Shown: positions 8,273-17,085 of the stretch, piece by piece
How the letters are laid out: every line of letters begins with the position of its first letter
How positions within the stretch are numbered: the stretch's first letter is position 1
From: a virus
Lineage: Duplodnaviria > Caudoviricetes
Virus record (IMG/VR): IMGVR_UViG_3300014208_000084
Location: 1-37,562 of that record
Strand: one strand, 5' to 3'
DNA: 37,562 nt
Notes under the pieces: generated by a model
The model's input: only the letters and a program-made list of their open reading frames with translations
The model's database searches: none
What the model was told of the DNA's origin: nothing
Made by a program: the position numbers and the translations under genes

Positions 8273-8767
8273 ATGCAAAATATTAACGGTGACAAAAACG
8301 TTCAAATTCTTGGTGATGGAAACATCATAACTGTTTTAAAGCCTTTTAAAATTGATAGAACCTCACATGCTGCTGAAATGGCAAAGAGTTCATCTATTAA
8401 TGTGTACCGACTGTTTAGTGGATGGGTTGAATTCCCTATGATGCTAGTGTTTATGGTTAGTATGTTCGCAATATCTTACTTTGGAAAATCATATTTTAAT
8501 TATCTTTTTGGATTGGCTGCCGGACTTTTAGTTATTTGGTACTTTCTACCAATAAAGATTGGAACATTACTTGGAACAGTACAGTGGGATAGATTTGACC
8601 GTGGATTTGAAAATACTATTCCCTTTAAAGATATTCACTTAATGCAAATGGTAGGTAAAAATATTCATATTATTACGTTTGATAGAAAAAATTACAAAGT
8701 AGATTTTTTGAATCCTAAAGGTACAAATGATTTGTTTAATGCATTTTCAATCTATGTGAAACTATGA
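8273..8767 (+). CDS. Membrane protein (2 TM + C-terminal soluble domain) co-transcribed with cI
   Basis: Two hydrophobic helices; 14 bp after the cI stop. Confidence 0.75.
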   Translation: MQNINGDKNVQILGDGNIITVLKPFKIDRTSHAAEMAKSSSINVYRLFSGWVEFPMMLVFMVSMFAISYFGKSYFNYLFGLAAGLLVIWYFLPIKIGTLLGTVQWDRFDRGFENTIPFKDIHLMQMVGKNIHIITFDRKNYKVDFLNPKGTNDLFNAFSIYVKL

Positions 8768-8847
8768 TTTTAAGCATAAATATATTGGTTGTATTTGTCA
8801 TATAAAGTAGAAGAAATTAAAAGTTATTTTGAGGATGCAGAGGTAAT

Positions 8848-10044
8848 ATGTTATCAAAACACAAACAAATTAGACAAAAACGGCGTAAAGTATGGCTAAG
8901 ACTTTTAAAAGCAAAAAATATCAATAAGAATTTTAATAGACCAAAAAATTATTATGATTTAAAAAAATATATAACTAGAAAAAGAAAAATACTTACAAGA
9001 CTGAATAAACATTTAGGGCGTAGTAATCATGAAAAACTTGAAGAGCCCAATAGAGATATTATACATCTTGATAGTCATATAGACTTTGAAGAGAATATAG
9101 ATACTATTGTTAATTTAACAAAAAAAGTTAATAAGCATATCGCTAAATATGTAAGATTTAATTTTTCAGTAGATCATAAGAAGATCGAAAGCATATCAGT
9201 TGCTGGGTTATTATATTTAGTTAGTCAAATTAGCAAAATCACCGAAGCTAAATTCCATGATGGGGCTCATCATGTTATCTTTAATCCAGAATATGGACTT
9301 AAAAATGATATGAGGATTAGGCACTTGTTTGATCAAATAGGTTACTGGCGGTATTTTGGAATATTCAAACCACCATATGCAATAGATAAATCTATTGAAG
9401 AAAACTACTTTTTATCAATTAGAACCAGTACAGAGAGTGAATTTAACTTACTAAATGACATCAAGAAGTTTATTAACAATAATGTTGACATATTGAAGAG
9501 TGACTACAAAATAGAATATCAATTTGATGATGCTATTAAAGAAGCAATGGGTAATTCACTTGAGCATGCCTATCCAAATGATTTTCATGAAGCAGGAAAA
9601 ATTAAAGATACATGGTGGATTTGTGGGCACTATGATAAGATTAATCAAGCGATTGAGCTTGTATTTTATGATTATGGTATCGGGATAAGAAAATCTATGA
9701 ATTATAATCTTGGAGAAGATGCTAATATTGCTTTATTTGATAGAATTAAAGATGCATCTATCTTTAAATCTGATGCGGATTTAATAGAGATGGCTATTAA
9801 TGAAGGTCTTTCAAAATATAAAAACTATCTTGATCATGATAGGGGCAAAGGGTTTAAGCGCTTTAAAAATTTTGCTAAAGTATCAGGATTTGATTGTGAA
9901 CTAACTATTGTTTCTAATTCTGGTAAATATAAGATGAGCTATAATGCTAGCAAAGATACAGAACAGGTTGAAAAGTCTAAATTAAGTGGCGATATTGATG
10001 GAATGTTAATAACGTGGAAAATAAATTTAAAGATGGGGGCATAA
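8848..10044 (+). CDS. GHKL/HATPase_c ATP-binding protein with N-terminal STAS-like region
   Basis: N box IKEAMGNSLEHAY, G1 box FYDYGIGI, G2 box RGKGF, terminal GMLITWKI. Confidence 0.8.
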   Translation: MLSKHKQIRQKRRKVWLRLLKAKNINKNFNRPKNYYDLKKYITRKRKILTRLNKHLGRSNHEKLEEPNRDIIHLDSHIDFEENIDTIVNLTKKVNKHIAKYVRFNFSVDHKKIESISVAGLLYLVSQISKITEAKFHDGAHHVIFNPEYGLKNDMRIRHLFDQIGYWRYFGIFKPPYAIDKSIEENYFLSIRTSTESEFNLLNDIKKFINNNVDILKSDYKIEYQFDDAIKEAMGNSLEHAYPNDFHEAGKIKDTWWICGHYDKINQAIELVFYDYGIGIRKSMNYNLGEDANIALFDRIKDASIFKSDADLIEMAINEGLSKYKNYLDHDRGKGFKRFKNFAKVSGFDCELTIVSNSGKYKMSYNASKDTEQVEKSKLSGDIDGMLITWKINLKMGA

Positions 10045-10045
10045 G

Positions 10046-10387
10046 ATGGGCGATGTGATTTATTATAATTTTGCTGAGCAATTTTCTAAAAATCCAGGAT
10101 TACGATTCAGAAAATTAAGTGATTTTTCTGGAGAGCAGTTCCGTGAAGAAGTTTTAGAACCATGTTTCCAAAATAATACAAAAATAATTATAAATGTTGA
10201 TGGGGTTGAAAGTTCTCTTGGAGCTTCATTTCTATCAGAAGCCTTTGGTGATGTTGCTGTTAAATATACTAAAGCAAAGTTTGATGAACTTATTTCATTT
10301 AAAATTGACACCCCAAAGGGTAAAGTTAATTATGAAGAGATGCTTGAAAGAGTTGATGAAGCATTGAAGAGACAGGGAAAATTATAG
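10046..10387 (+). CDS. STAS-like domain protein (DUF4325-like)
   Basis: PGLRF...SGEQFREEVL...INVDGV...GASFLSEAFG signature. Confidence 0.8.
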   Translation: MGDVIYYNFAEQFSKNPGLRFRKLSDFSGEQFREEVLEPCFQNNTKIIINVDGVESSLGASFLSEAFGDVAVKYTKAKFDELISFKIDTPKGKVNYEEMLERVDEALKRQGKL

Positions 10388-10815
10388 TGGCAGCAGAAGA
10401 GTCTAAGGCATTTTCTGATTATGCAGCTATATGGTCACCCATCGTACTATCACTTGGGTCCCTATTCGTATCATGGCTAGCATTTAATAAAGCTGGGCAA
10501 TCATCAAAAGAGATATTTATTAACTCATTGAGAGATAAAGTAAAAAATACAAAACATTTTATTTTGAATCTAGAAAATAAAACATACTCTCAAGATGATA
10601 AAATGTCTATTTTAGAGACGATACAAGATTTTCTTTTATATCAAGGTTATAAAGATGAAAAAGAAAAGTTTTTAAACGCATATATAAAAACTGACCTATC
10701 AAATCTTCAAGAGGAATTAGAAGATATTGTTGGTTACATCCTAATACAAGATGATGTATCTAATAATAAACTAATTGCTAAATCAAAATTAAATATTTTT
10801 TTTAACCAGCTATAA
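10387..10815 (+). CDS. Hypothetical protein with single N-terminal TM helix
   Basis: Overlaps the STAS gene stop; hydrophobic AIWSPIVLSLGSLFVSWLAF followed by a helical soluble region. Confidence 0.75.
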   Translation: MAAEESKAFSDYAAIWSPIVLSLGSLFVSWLAFNKAGQSSKEIFINSLRDKVKNTKHFILNLENKTYSQDDKMSILETIQDFLLYQGYKDEKEKFLNAYIKTDLSNLQEELEDIVGYILIQDDVSNNKLIAKSKLNIFFNQL

Positions 10816-10835
10816 TTTTCCCGCGGGAAAATTAT
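10812..10835. terminator. Perfect 24-bp palindrome between convergent genes (possible bidirectional terminator)
   Basis: ATAATTTTCCCGCGGGAAAATTAT contains both stop codons. Confidence 0.55.
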
Positions 10836-11134
10836 GATTCGCGTTTCTCTGAAAAAAAAGCATCCATTTCGCTTTTTTTACTTTCTACATCTTTACCGCA
10901 ATACCGGCATATAATCGCTTCTTTTTTTATCAGCTCTGCACAGTATGGGCATTTTTTCATATCATTATTTTTAAGTGCATATTTTTCTTCAGTTTTGATC
11001 AGTAGGGCATGAGGCAAAGCTATAATAAACAGCAGCGATCCATAAGCCCACCATGTTATAAAACTCCTACCTTTTTTTTGTGCTATCATCGCCGGTATCA
11101 GCCCAATCAAAATCGCAATAGCCATTATTTCCAT
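10832..11134 (-). CDS. Membrane-anchored zinc-ribbon protein (likely start 11134)
   Basis: Two TM segments ([19 protein letters not shown]), then CPYCAE...CRYCG; AAGGA RBS. Confidence 0.85.
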   Translation of the reverse strand: MEIMAIAILIGLIPAMIAQKKGRSFITWWAYGSLLFIIALPHALLIKTEEKYALKNNDMKKCPYCAELIKKEAIICRYCGKDVESKKSEMDAFFSEKRES

Positions 11135-11144
11135 ATATGTTCCT

Positions 11145-11789
11145 TTAAATAAATTTAATCCAATGTTCTTCTGAAACAATACTGATCGGTGTTTTCCCAC
11201 TATCTCTAATGGTGACTGCAGTTTCAATTTTTCTACCATGTGTTGAGTGAATCCAATCACGGCTCCCTATAATACCGATCACGAGATAGTCAGTACTTAG
11301 GGTAGGGGCTTTTACGCATCTACCCCCTTTCCCCTCTATGAGTTTTGCAACGTTATCCCTTGATCCGACGGTAAATCCTCCAGTGAGACAAAATACCCTA
11401 CCATCAAATTCGATATGAGGCATAGGATCATCAAGGGGGAGTGTCGATGCCATACTCTGAACCGTTTCCGGAGTTTCTCCTCCAGTAATCTGCTTAATCA
11501 ATTTTAGGAGGTCTTCTTTTTCTACATCATCAAGAACACCATCAGCGAGATATAAACCAATGCGTTCATACAAAATATTTGCAGGCCATTCATGCGCAGC
11601 ATCTTGGTTTGTTTCCATCCATTTAAGTAAAAATTCGGCTTCACCCTGCACGATTGACCCATCTGCTATTACTCCCTTGCATATCCCTATCAGCTCATCT
11701 ATATTTCTCTCTGATCGCCTCGCAGCGCCAATAACGTTCGATACAGGTTGTGCTGTATCTGGATCAAGAATAACTTCTCTATAACTCAA
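11145..11789 (-). CDS. BRCT-domain protein with helical (TerB-like) N-terminus
   Basis: FCLTGGF...GGRC...TDYLVIG...GRKIETAV...IVSEEHW BRCT pattern; GGAGG RBS. Confidence 0.85.
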   Translation of the reverse strand: MSYREVILDPDTAQPVSNVIGAARRSERNIDELIGICKGVIADGSIVQGEAEFLLKWMETNQDAAHEWPANILYERIGLYLADGVLDDVEKEDLLKLIKQITGGETPETVQSMASTLPLDDPMPHIEFDGRVFCLTGGFTVGSRDNVAKLIEGKGGRCVKAPTLSTDYLVIGIIGSRDWIHSTHGRKIETAVTIRDSGKTPISIVSEEHWIKFI

Positions 11790-11811
11790 AATAAACCTCC
11801 AAAATATAATA

Positions 11812-11854
11812 TAAACAGTTTTATGTTGACAATAAACAGTTTTATGTTTATAAT
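11812..11854 (+). promoter_or_regulatory. Rightward early promoter TTGACA-17-TATAAT (11826..11854) with two operators
   Basis: Perfect consensus; operators TAAACA-N6-TGTTGA (11812..11829) and TAAACA-N6-TGTTTA (11833..11850). Confidence 0.85.
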
Positions 11855-11932
11855 GTCAAACCAATCAATTTATCTGAGCGGCGATTGGACCTTCGGGGTC
11901 GCTCTTCAGATAAGTGCCCAAAAGGAAACTGC

Positions 11933-12448
11933 ATGCATAGATCCGCCCATACTGTCCGAAAGTGTTTTGAACTTCAGGAAAAAATAGCATTTTTATTTAC
12001 TACTCATCAAGATGAAGTGCCAAATGGATTTCTTGAGACTCTTCAGCAAATAAAAGAATTAGCTGATAAATTAGAAATTATGGCTATCTCTCAACGACAA
12101 TATGTCCTTAACCCTGGCACAAAATTGCCTATTTCAGAATTAAAACGTAATGACATCACTGATGACAGAGAAAATGGTCTCTACTACTATAAGTCAGGCT
12201 CAGGTGAATACTTGCCAATCGGAAGAGAGTCTATCCTGCTCACTATCGAGATAAGAGGGGATGATTATTCCATCGCCAATTATTCTAATGGTCAGCGTAA
12301 TGAATCCTATCGCCATACTGGACAGATGCAAGCTATCGTCGATATGACAGCGCTTATTTGTGGTTATCAACCACCACGAGGCCTGCGTCATCGAGATATA
12401 CCGTCTGGTCAAACTCAATCTGAAGGAGTTTCTCCCCCCTCTCTTTAG
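11933..12448 (+). CDS. Hypothetical early protein (likely start 11933)
   Basis: AAGGA RBS after a leader hairpin (about 11872..11911); first gene after the rightward promoter. Confidence 0.6.
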   Translation: MHRSAHTVRKCFELQEKIAFLFTTHQDEVPNGFLETLQQIKELADKLEIMAISQRQYVLNPGTKLPISELKRNDITDDRENGLYYYKSGSGEYLPIGRESILLTIEIRGDDYSIANYSNGQRNESYRHTGQMQAIVDMTALICGYQPPRGLRHRDIPSGQTQSEGVSPPSL

Positions 12449-12548
12449 GTCTGTAATAGGTTAGCCCGCTGAACGTCAGTTGGTATCCTTGCCCCTTATA
12501 GATTTCAAGTTGCTCTAAAAAAGAGTCAAGATCGATAGTTGGTTCCAT
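12354..12548 (-). CDS. Counter-oriented small moron-like protein
   Basis: Own TGATATAAT promoter and AAAGG RBS; leader matches that of 6528..6761. Confidence 0.6.
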   Translation of the reverse strand: MEPTIDLDSFLEQLEIYKGQGYQLTFSGLTYYRPKERGEKLLQIEFDQTVYLDDAGLVVVDNHK

Positions 12549-12593
12549 TGTAAAAACCTTTGTATGTGATTTTGTTGCAACTCGATTATATCA
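12549..12593 (-). promoter_or_regulatory. Extended -10 promoter with GTTGCAAC palindrome and leader
   Basis: Second copy of the 6484..6527 arrangement. Confidence 0.65.
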
Positions 12594-12635
12594 CAAAGGC
12601 TTTTAGAGTGGAAAACTCTACCCAAAGGAGATTTC

Positions 12636-13151
12636 ATGCCGTTGCCTAAGACCCCATATATCTATGAAGCTATCGATAAAGCTATAAATGCTTTTGGAGA
12701 TCACCATAATCTTAATGGTAGAAAACACTTCTCACACCCTCTAGGGTTTGATGGAGCCAATGGAGATATTCAAATGGGTTCGATGCTTAACTGTAGCACT
12801 TATAACCCAGCAAATCCAAAAGCAATGTCGGTAGATCAGTTTAATGCCGCACTTAATAATCTTGGAAAGTTCAAAAAAATCCCTCTCGATGCATTAGCAA
12901 GACTTCATGGAGGAGTGTTCAACTTCAGTGCACCGGCAAAGGTGGAGAACGAATCAATCAAAGATGAATTGCTGACTATTGCCTCATTTGCGGGGAGTTT
13001 ATCGGCCAAGTTTTTGGAGTACAAAAACAATGATGGACGGATAGATGAGAATGAAGCTGATGAGCTCGAGCGCATAGCGTATGAAACACGCCAACATTTG
13101 AGCGCATTTGAAGAGATGGTTCAAAAACATAAAAAAGAATTGGAGGATTGA
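12636..13151 (+). CDS. Phage regulatory CII-like protein
   Basis: LN...NP helix region, LDALARLHGGVF and C-terminal DGRIDENEADEL pattern of CII/YmfL-like proteins. Confidence 0.65.
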   Translation: MPLPKTPYIYEAIDKAINAFGDHHNLNGRKHFSHPLGFDGANGDIQMGSMLNCSTYNPANPKAMSVDQFNAALNNLGKFKKIPLDALARLHGGVFNFSAPAKVENESIKDELLTIASFAGSLSAKFLEYKNNDGRIDENEADELERIAYETRQHLSAFEEMVQKHKKELED

Positions 13152-13152
13152 G

Positions 13153-13452
13153 ATGGCGACGCTAACATTTAAAAAAGGCTCAACACCGTATACGCTTCAT
13201 CTGCATTTTATGAATGGCGGGTCATTGACGTTTGTGGAGGCTTCAAAGTCTAAGAGAGATGGAGGGTTAGAGATATACCATCTATCCCAAAGGGTTGCTG
13301 ATTTGCATAAGAAGTTTCAAGAGGCTAAAGCGATAAGCCCTCTCATGGTAATCGATGAGCCAAATGGAAGAGGGGGAACCCATGCGCGCTATTTTTATAA
13401 AGCGTCTAGTTGTGTTTTTGAAAACAAACCTGGTGCAAGGGTTTACGGATGA
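13153..13452 (+). CDS. Hypothetical protein, possibly winged-helix (likely start 13153)
   Basis: GGAGG RBS; LSQRVADL...HARYF. Confidence 0.6.
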   Translation: MATLTFKKGSTPYTLHLHFMNGGSLTFVEASKSKRDGGLEIYHLSQRVADLHKKFQEAKAISPLMVIDEPNGRGGTHARYFYKASSCVFENKPGARVYG

Positions 13453-13585
13453 GCATTAAGCATAATCTCTTACTTACTGCAAACAAAATCGTTATGAAAT
13501 TTCCTCTTTTATCATTTAATATCAAAGTCAAAATAAGAAAAAAAATAATGTCTGAGCTGAAATCCAGCGGATTTAAAGGTCTATA

Positions 13586-14848
13586 ATGGAGCAACCCCTT
13601 TATAACCTTATTTTCGAGCGTTCGGTTCTTTCTTCACTTTTGTTTGTCCATGATCTTGATACTGTTGATGATATGGTCCGTATGCTAGATGAAGATTTGT
13701 TTTTTATGCAAGCTCATAAAGACATCTGCGCTGCCATCATGAAACTGTATTCTCTAGGATTGCCAATCGAAGAGAGCTTTATCCAAAAGCATTTAGTGCA
13801 AACTGGGAAGTTTGACGAAAGAGTTATGGTTGAAATCCTTACAGCTAACAGCATGGCGAATGTAAAGCCTTATGTTGATGCACTTATGGAGTTTGCGAGA
13901 AAGCGAAAGCTTCAACAACTATCATTAAAAATACGCAGCATGATCGTAGAAGAAAACAATACCGCTGATGATATAGAAGCCATGCTAGAACTATCTCTAA
14001 GTGAGTCTCAGATCAAGAGCGGTATGACGATGCCAGTCACAATGGAAAGAGCCATCGAAGAGTTCCACAACATGACAATCCCTGAACCGATCCGTACCGG
14101 CATAGAAAGCCTCGATAATCTACTCTGTGGTGGGTTTGAGCCTGCTCAACTCGTTCATATCGGGGGAGAGCGTAATGTCGGGAAAACAACGCTTATGAAG
14201 CAGATATTGTTTAATACGTCTGTCAACTACGACACTCTCTTTTTTAGCTTCGAGATGCCTAAATGGAAGATGGCCAAATATACTGAGCGCATGACCGGAA
14301 AAAGCAATATGAAGCGATATCACATCATCGACACGAACATGATGAAAAGTCGTGACGTTACCGATGTAGCACGTATGATCCGGACAATGTGGCGTAAGCA
14401 CGGTATACGATTTGCCCTAATAGATTCCAAGATGAAGCTCAACCACCGTTCATACAAAGGAAACAGTGATGCTGAGAAAAAAGGGGAGATAGACTCTATC
14501 CTAAGTGCGGTAACACAAGAGACTGGAATCGTTATCCTAATGATCGTACAGGCTTCACGTGAAGAGCTAAAGAACGGAAAGATGGGAAGCTATGGTTCTG
14601 TATTGTCAGACTATGAGACAGACATGCAGTTATTACTTAAAAAAACAGATGGCGGAATAGAAGTCAGTTGTGAAAAGAACCGTCAAGAGGTATTGCATTA
14701 CCCTGCGAAGCTTTGGTTCAATGAGAAAGAGTTGAAGTTTGATAGTATTAAGGCTGATATTATCACATATCAAATGCCATCATCGTATACGGATCGTTCC
14801 TCTTTGATTGCAGACAATGATGAAAAATATGAGTTGGTAGTACTATGA
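13586..14848 (+). CDS. DnaB-like replicative helicase
   Basis: DnaB N-terminal domain (ERSVLSSLL...FFMQAH), TGIESLDNLLCGG, Walker A GERNVGKTT, FFSFEM and KNR arginine finger. Confidence 0.9.
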   Translation: MEQPLYNLIFERSVLSSLLFVHDLDTVDDMVRMLDEDLFFMQAHKDICAAIMKLYSLGLPIEESFIQKHLVQTGKFDERVMVEILTANSMANVKPYVDALMEFARKRKLQQLSLKIRSMIVEENNTADDIEAMLELSLSESQIKSGMTMPVTMERAIEEFHNMTIPEPIRTGIESLDNLLCGGFEPAQLVHIGGERNVGKTTLMKQILFNTSVNYDTLFFSFEMPKWKMAKYTERMTGKSNMKRYHIIDTNMMKSRDVTDVARMIRTMWRKHGIRFALIDSKMKLNHRSYKGNSDAEKKGEIDSILSAVTQETGIVILMIVQASREELKNGKMGSYGSVLSDYETDMQLLLKKTDGGIEVSCEKNRQEVLHYPAKLWFNEKELKFDSIKADIITYQMPSSYTDRSSLIADNDEKYELVVL

Positions 14849-15681
14849 GAATGAATTATAAGAGTTACCCAACCGATTATATTCAACAGCTCAAGCGTGA
14901 ACGCGGTGTTGCAGGCCGTAAGAAATCACGTGCGTTTATGGAGTTTTGGGATGATATGGAACACGGAGATCATAACAGCGAATCATTCTACGCAAAGTCG
15001 TGGGATATATCTCGAAGTACTTCTCATGAATGGATCAAAGAGTTTAAAATAGAAATGGACTTATATATCGATCATATGTTCCTAAAAAATCAGCAACACT
15101 ATAACCACGCTGTATTTTCAACCGAGCAAAACGAGCAAAGCAAACCGAGCAAAACGAGCACCGACAAAGCCCACATTTTAGGTACTCACACAACATCAAC
15201 CGAGCAAAACGAGCAAGCCATACCGAGGGAAGTATTTAATTTATATGATAATAATACCGCGCGTGAACTTCGTAGAGAGTTTTGGAATGATGCTGAGTTC
15301 CAAGATTTGTTTTTTATATACTCTCAGAATACAAAGTTCGTTGGTAAAAAAGAAGATGCCTTTGAACAGTTCACCCGAACAGAAATGAATTCATCCATCC
15401 TTATTTTATCTGCTGTCCAATACCTGCATGATCCTGCTATCGGTGGGAAACATTACAACCTTGCAAACTTCATCAAGAATGAAACATATCTCGCATACAT
15501 TCCGAAGATGATCAAGGTACGACATGGAGATCAGGAAATCATCGGTGAGTATGATCGAGTAAATCAGCGCATCATAGAGAACGGAAGCAACCGAGTCATA
15601 GTCTTGACCCCTGAGCGGTTGGTTGAGTTGTTCAAGGTCGGCGCGTTAGAGTTTATAAAACCAGTTGGGAGAGTGGCATGA
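14845..15681 (+). CDS. Putative phage replication initiator containing iterons
   Basis: N-terminal HTH-like segment, internal DNA repeats, and GKKEDAF C-terminal motif typical of phage initiators. Confidence 0.7.
   Translation: MRMNYKSYPTDYIQQLKRERGVAGRKKSRAFMEFWDDMEHGDHNSESFYAKSWDISRSTSHEWIKEFKIEMDLYIDHMFLKNQQHYNHAVFSTEQNEQSKPSKTSTDKAHILGTHTTSTEQNEQAIPREVFNLYDNNTARELRREFWNDAEFQDLFFIYSQNTKFVGKKEDAFEQFTRTEMNSSILILSAVQYLHDPAIGGKHYNLANFIKNETYLAYIPKMIKVRHGDQEIIGEYDRVNQRIIENGSNRVIVLTPERLVELFKVGALEFIKPVGRVA
15120..15215 (+). repeat. Iterons / replication origin: 3x AACCGAGCAAAACGAGCA
   Basis: Exact 18-bp copies at 15120, 15143 and 15198, followed by an AT-rich tract near 15230-15255. Confidence 0.75.
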
Positions 15682-16274
15682 TCGCTAAAGTAGATTTGCA
15701 AGGTCTTGACTCCATTATGCAATCATTGGATCCAAGTGTTATTAAAAAAGCAACAAAGCGAACATTGGATGAGTTAATGAGAGGGGGCATGACTGCAGCA
15801 CAAAAAGAAGTTACATCTCACTACAACATGAAAACATCTGATTTAAAACGCTATATCGGGAGTCGTATAGTAGCTCGTGATGGGTCAGAGGTATCCGTAT
15901 CTATCCGATCAATGCAATACGTATCTATGTTCAACTTTATAAATAAGGCGAGCATCCAAAGTTCTATTAACCGTAAATATAAAAAAGGGAAGAGTAAAGT
16001 TAAAGTTAAGATTATTAAAGGTGGTGGCGTTCATACGTTCCGCCATGCGTTTGTGATGATAGGGAAGAGTGGGAATATCGGTATCTTTGAGCGTGTGCGT
16101 GGGGTGAAGTCATCAACCGGAAATGCTAAGATCACTCGCCTCAATACTGTTGGCCCTATTGGAATGTTTCAAAAGATTGGGCTTCCAATCATCCAAAAGT
16201 ATGTCGATGATAAAACATCTGACATTTTTAGACGCAATCTGTCTTTTTATATGGATCAAGCGGGTAAGAAATGA
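15678..16274 (+). CDS. Lambda gpZ-like tail completion protein
   Basis: Basic protein with VKVKIIKGG...HAFVM...GNIGIFER...GP motifs. Confidence 0.7.
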   Translation: MIAKVDLQGLDSIMQSLDPSVIKKATKRTLDELMRGGMTAAQKEVTSHYNMKTSDLKRYIGSRIVARDGSEVSVSIRSMQYVSMFNFINKASIQSSINRKYKKGKSKVKVKIIKGGGVHTFRHAFVMIGKSGNIGIFERVRGVKSSTGNAKITRLNTVGPIGMFQKIGLPIIQKYVDDKTSDIFRRNLSFYMDQAGKK

Positions 16275-16276
16275 TT

Positions 16277-16321
16277 GGGTCCTCCGGCATAGTTGCCGTC
16301 GTGCGGGGCTTAAGACTCGCG
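16277..16321 (+). other. Lambda-like cos site (cosQ GGGTCCT; cosN GGGCTTAAGACT at 16306..16317)
   Basis: Layout matches lambda cosQ...G/GGGCGGCGACCT/CGCG; just upstream of terS. Confidence 0.75.
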
Positions 16322-16398
16322 GAAACCGCGTGGTTTTTTGGGTTCAAACTTCCTAAACTTCTTATGCTTAAATCGTTTACTAAACAAACAAATGGATT

Positions 16399-17085
16399 AT
16401 GATTATGAATGATTTGATCAATGCTTCTCAATGTCTATCTCGGTTGAGCAAAGATGGAATCACTTATTCAAAAGGGTATTTTTCACAAATTTCAAGTGAG
16501 GGGAAAATACCGCATCATACAAAGCCTACAAGCCCTAAAAAGTTTTATAGATATTCTGAGGTGCTGGAAGCCATAAAAACTACTCAGGACCCTACGAGAG
16601 ACGCTCAGAGAGAGGCAAATGAGAAAAAGCGAGTAGAGCCTAATGATTTATTTGCGGCTGTTGGAACTTATGAGAGCGTTGCAGACATGAATGATGATGA
16701 GCGTGAAACGTATGAGCTGGATCTTCGTCGAGAAATTGATGAGGCTCGCAAGGCAGCAGAAGAAGCAAAAGCAGCAGGGGCGAATGATATTACCGGACTG
16801 GATGTTTATAGCATCGAGGGGGTAACGCTTGCGGATGCTAAAATTTTAAAAGAGTATTGGCTAGGAAAAATTGCCGAACTGAACTATAAAAAAACATCAG
16901 GGGACGTAATCGATAACCGTGAGGTTGAGCGTCAGGCGTTCGAGGAAGCACGAACGGTACGAAATGCAATACTCGCTATCCCTGCTCGTATTTCTCCGAT
17001 TTTAGCGGCTCAAACGGACGCTCATGCCATACGTGAGATTTTACTCAAGGAATTATCAAGTGTCCTAGAGGGAATGTCCGCATGA
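16399..17085 (+). CDS. Terminase small subunit (Nu1-like)
   Basis: N-terminal wHTH; C-terminal AELNY...G..I...V...RNAILAIPARISP; overlaps terL. Confidence 0.85.
   Translation: MIMNDLINASQCLSRLSKDGITYSKGYFSQISSEGKIPHHTKPTSPKKFYRYSEVLEAIKTTQDPTRDAQREANEKKRVEPNDLFAAVGTYESVADMNDDERETYELDLRREIDEARKAAEEAKAAGANDITGLDVYSIEGVTLADAKILKEYWLGKIAELNYKKTSGDVIDNREVERQAFEEARTVRNAILAIPARISPILAAQTDAHAIREILLKELSSVLEGMSA

Noticed and set aside
11145-11789. NAD-dependent DNA ligase
   Set aside because: Only a BRCT-like domain is present; there is no adenylation domain.
15120-15215. Repeats as a CRISPR array
   Set aside because: Spacing is irregular (5 and 37 nt), the repeats are within a CDS, and there are no cas genes; they fit iterons.
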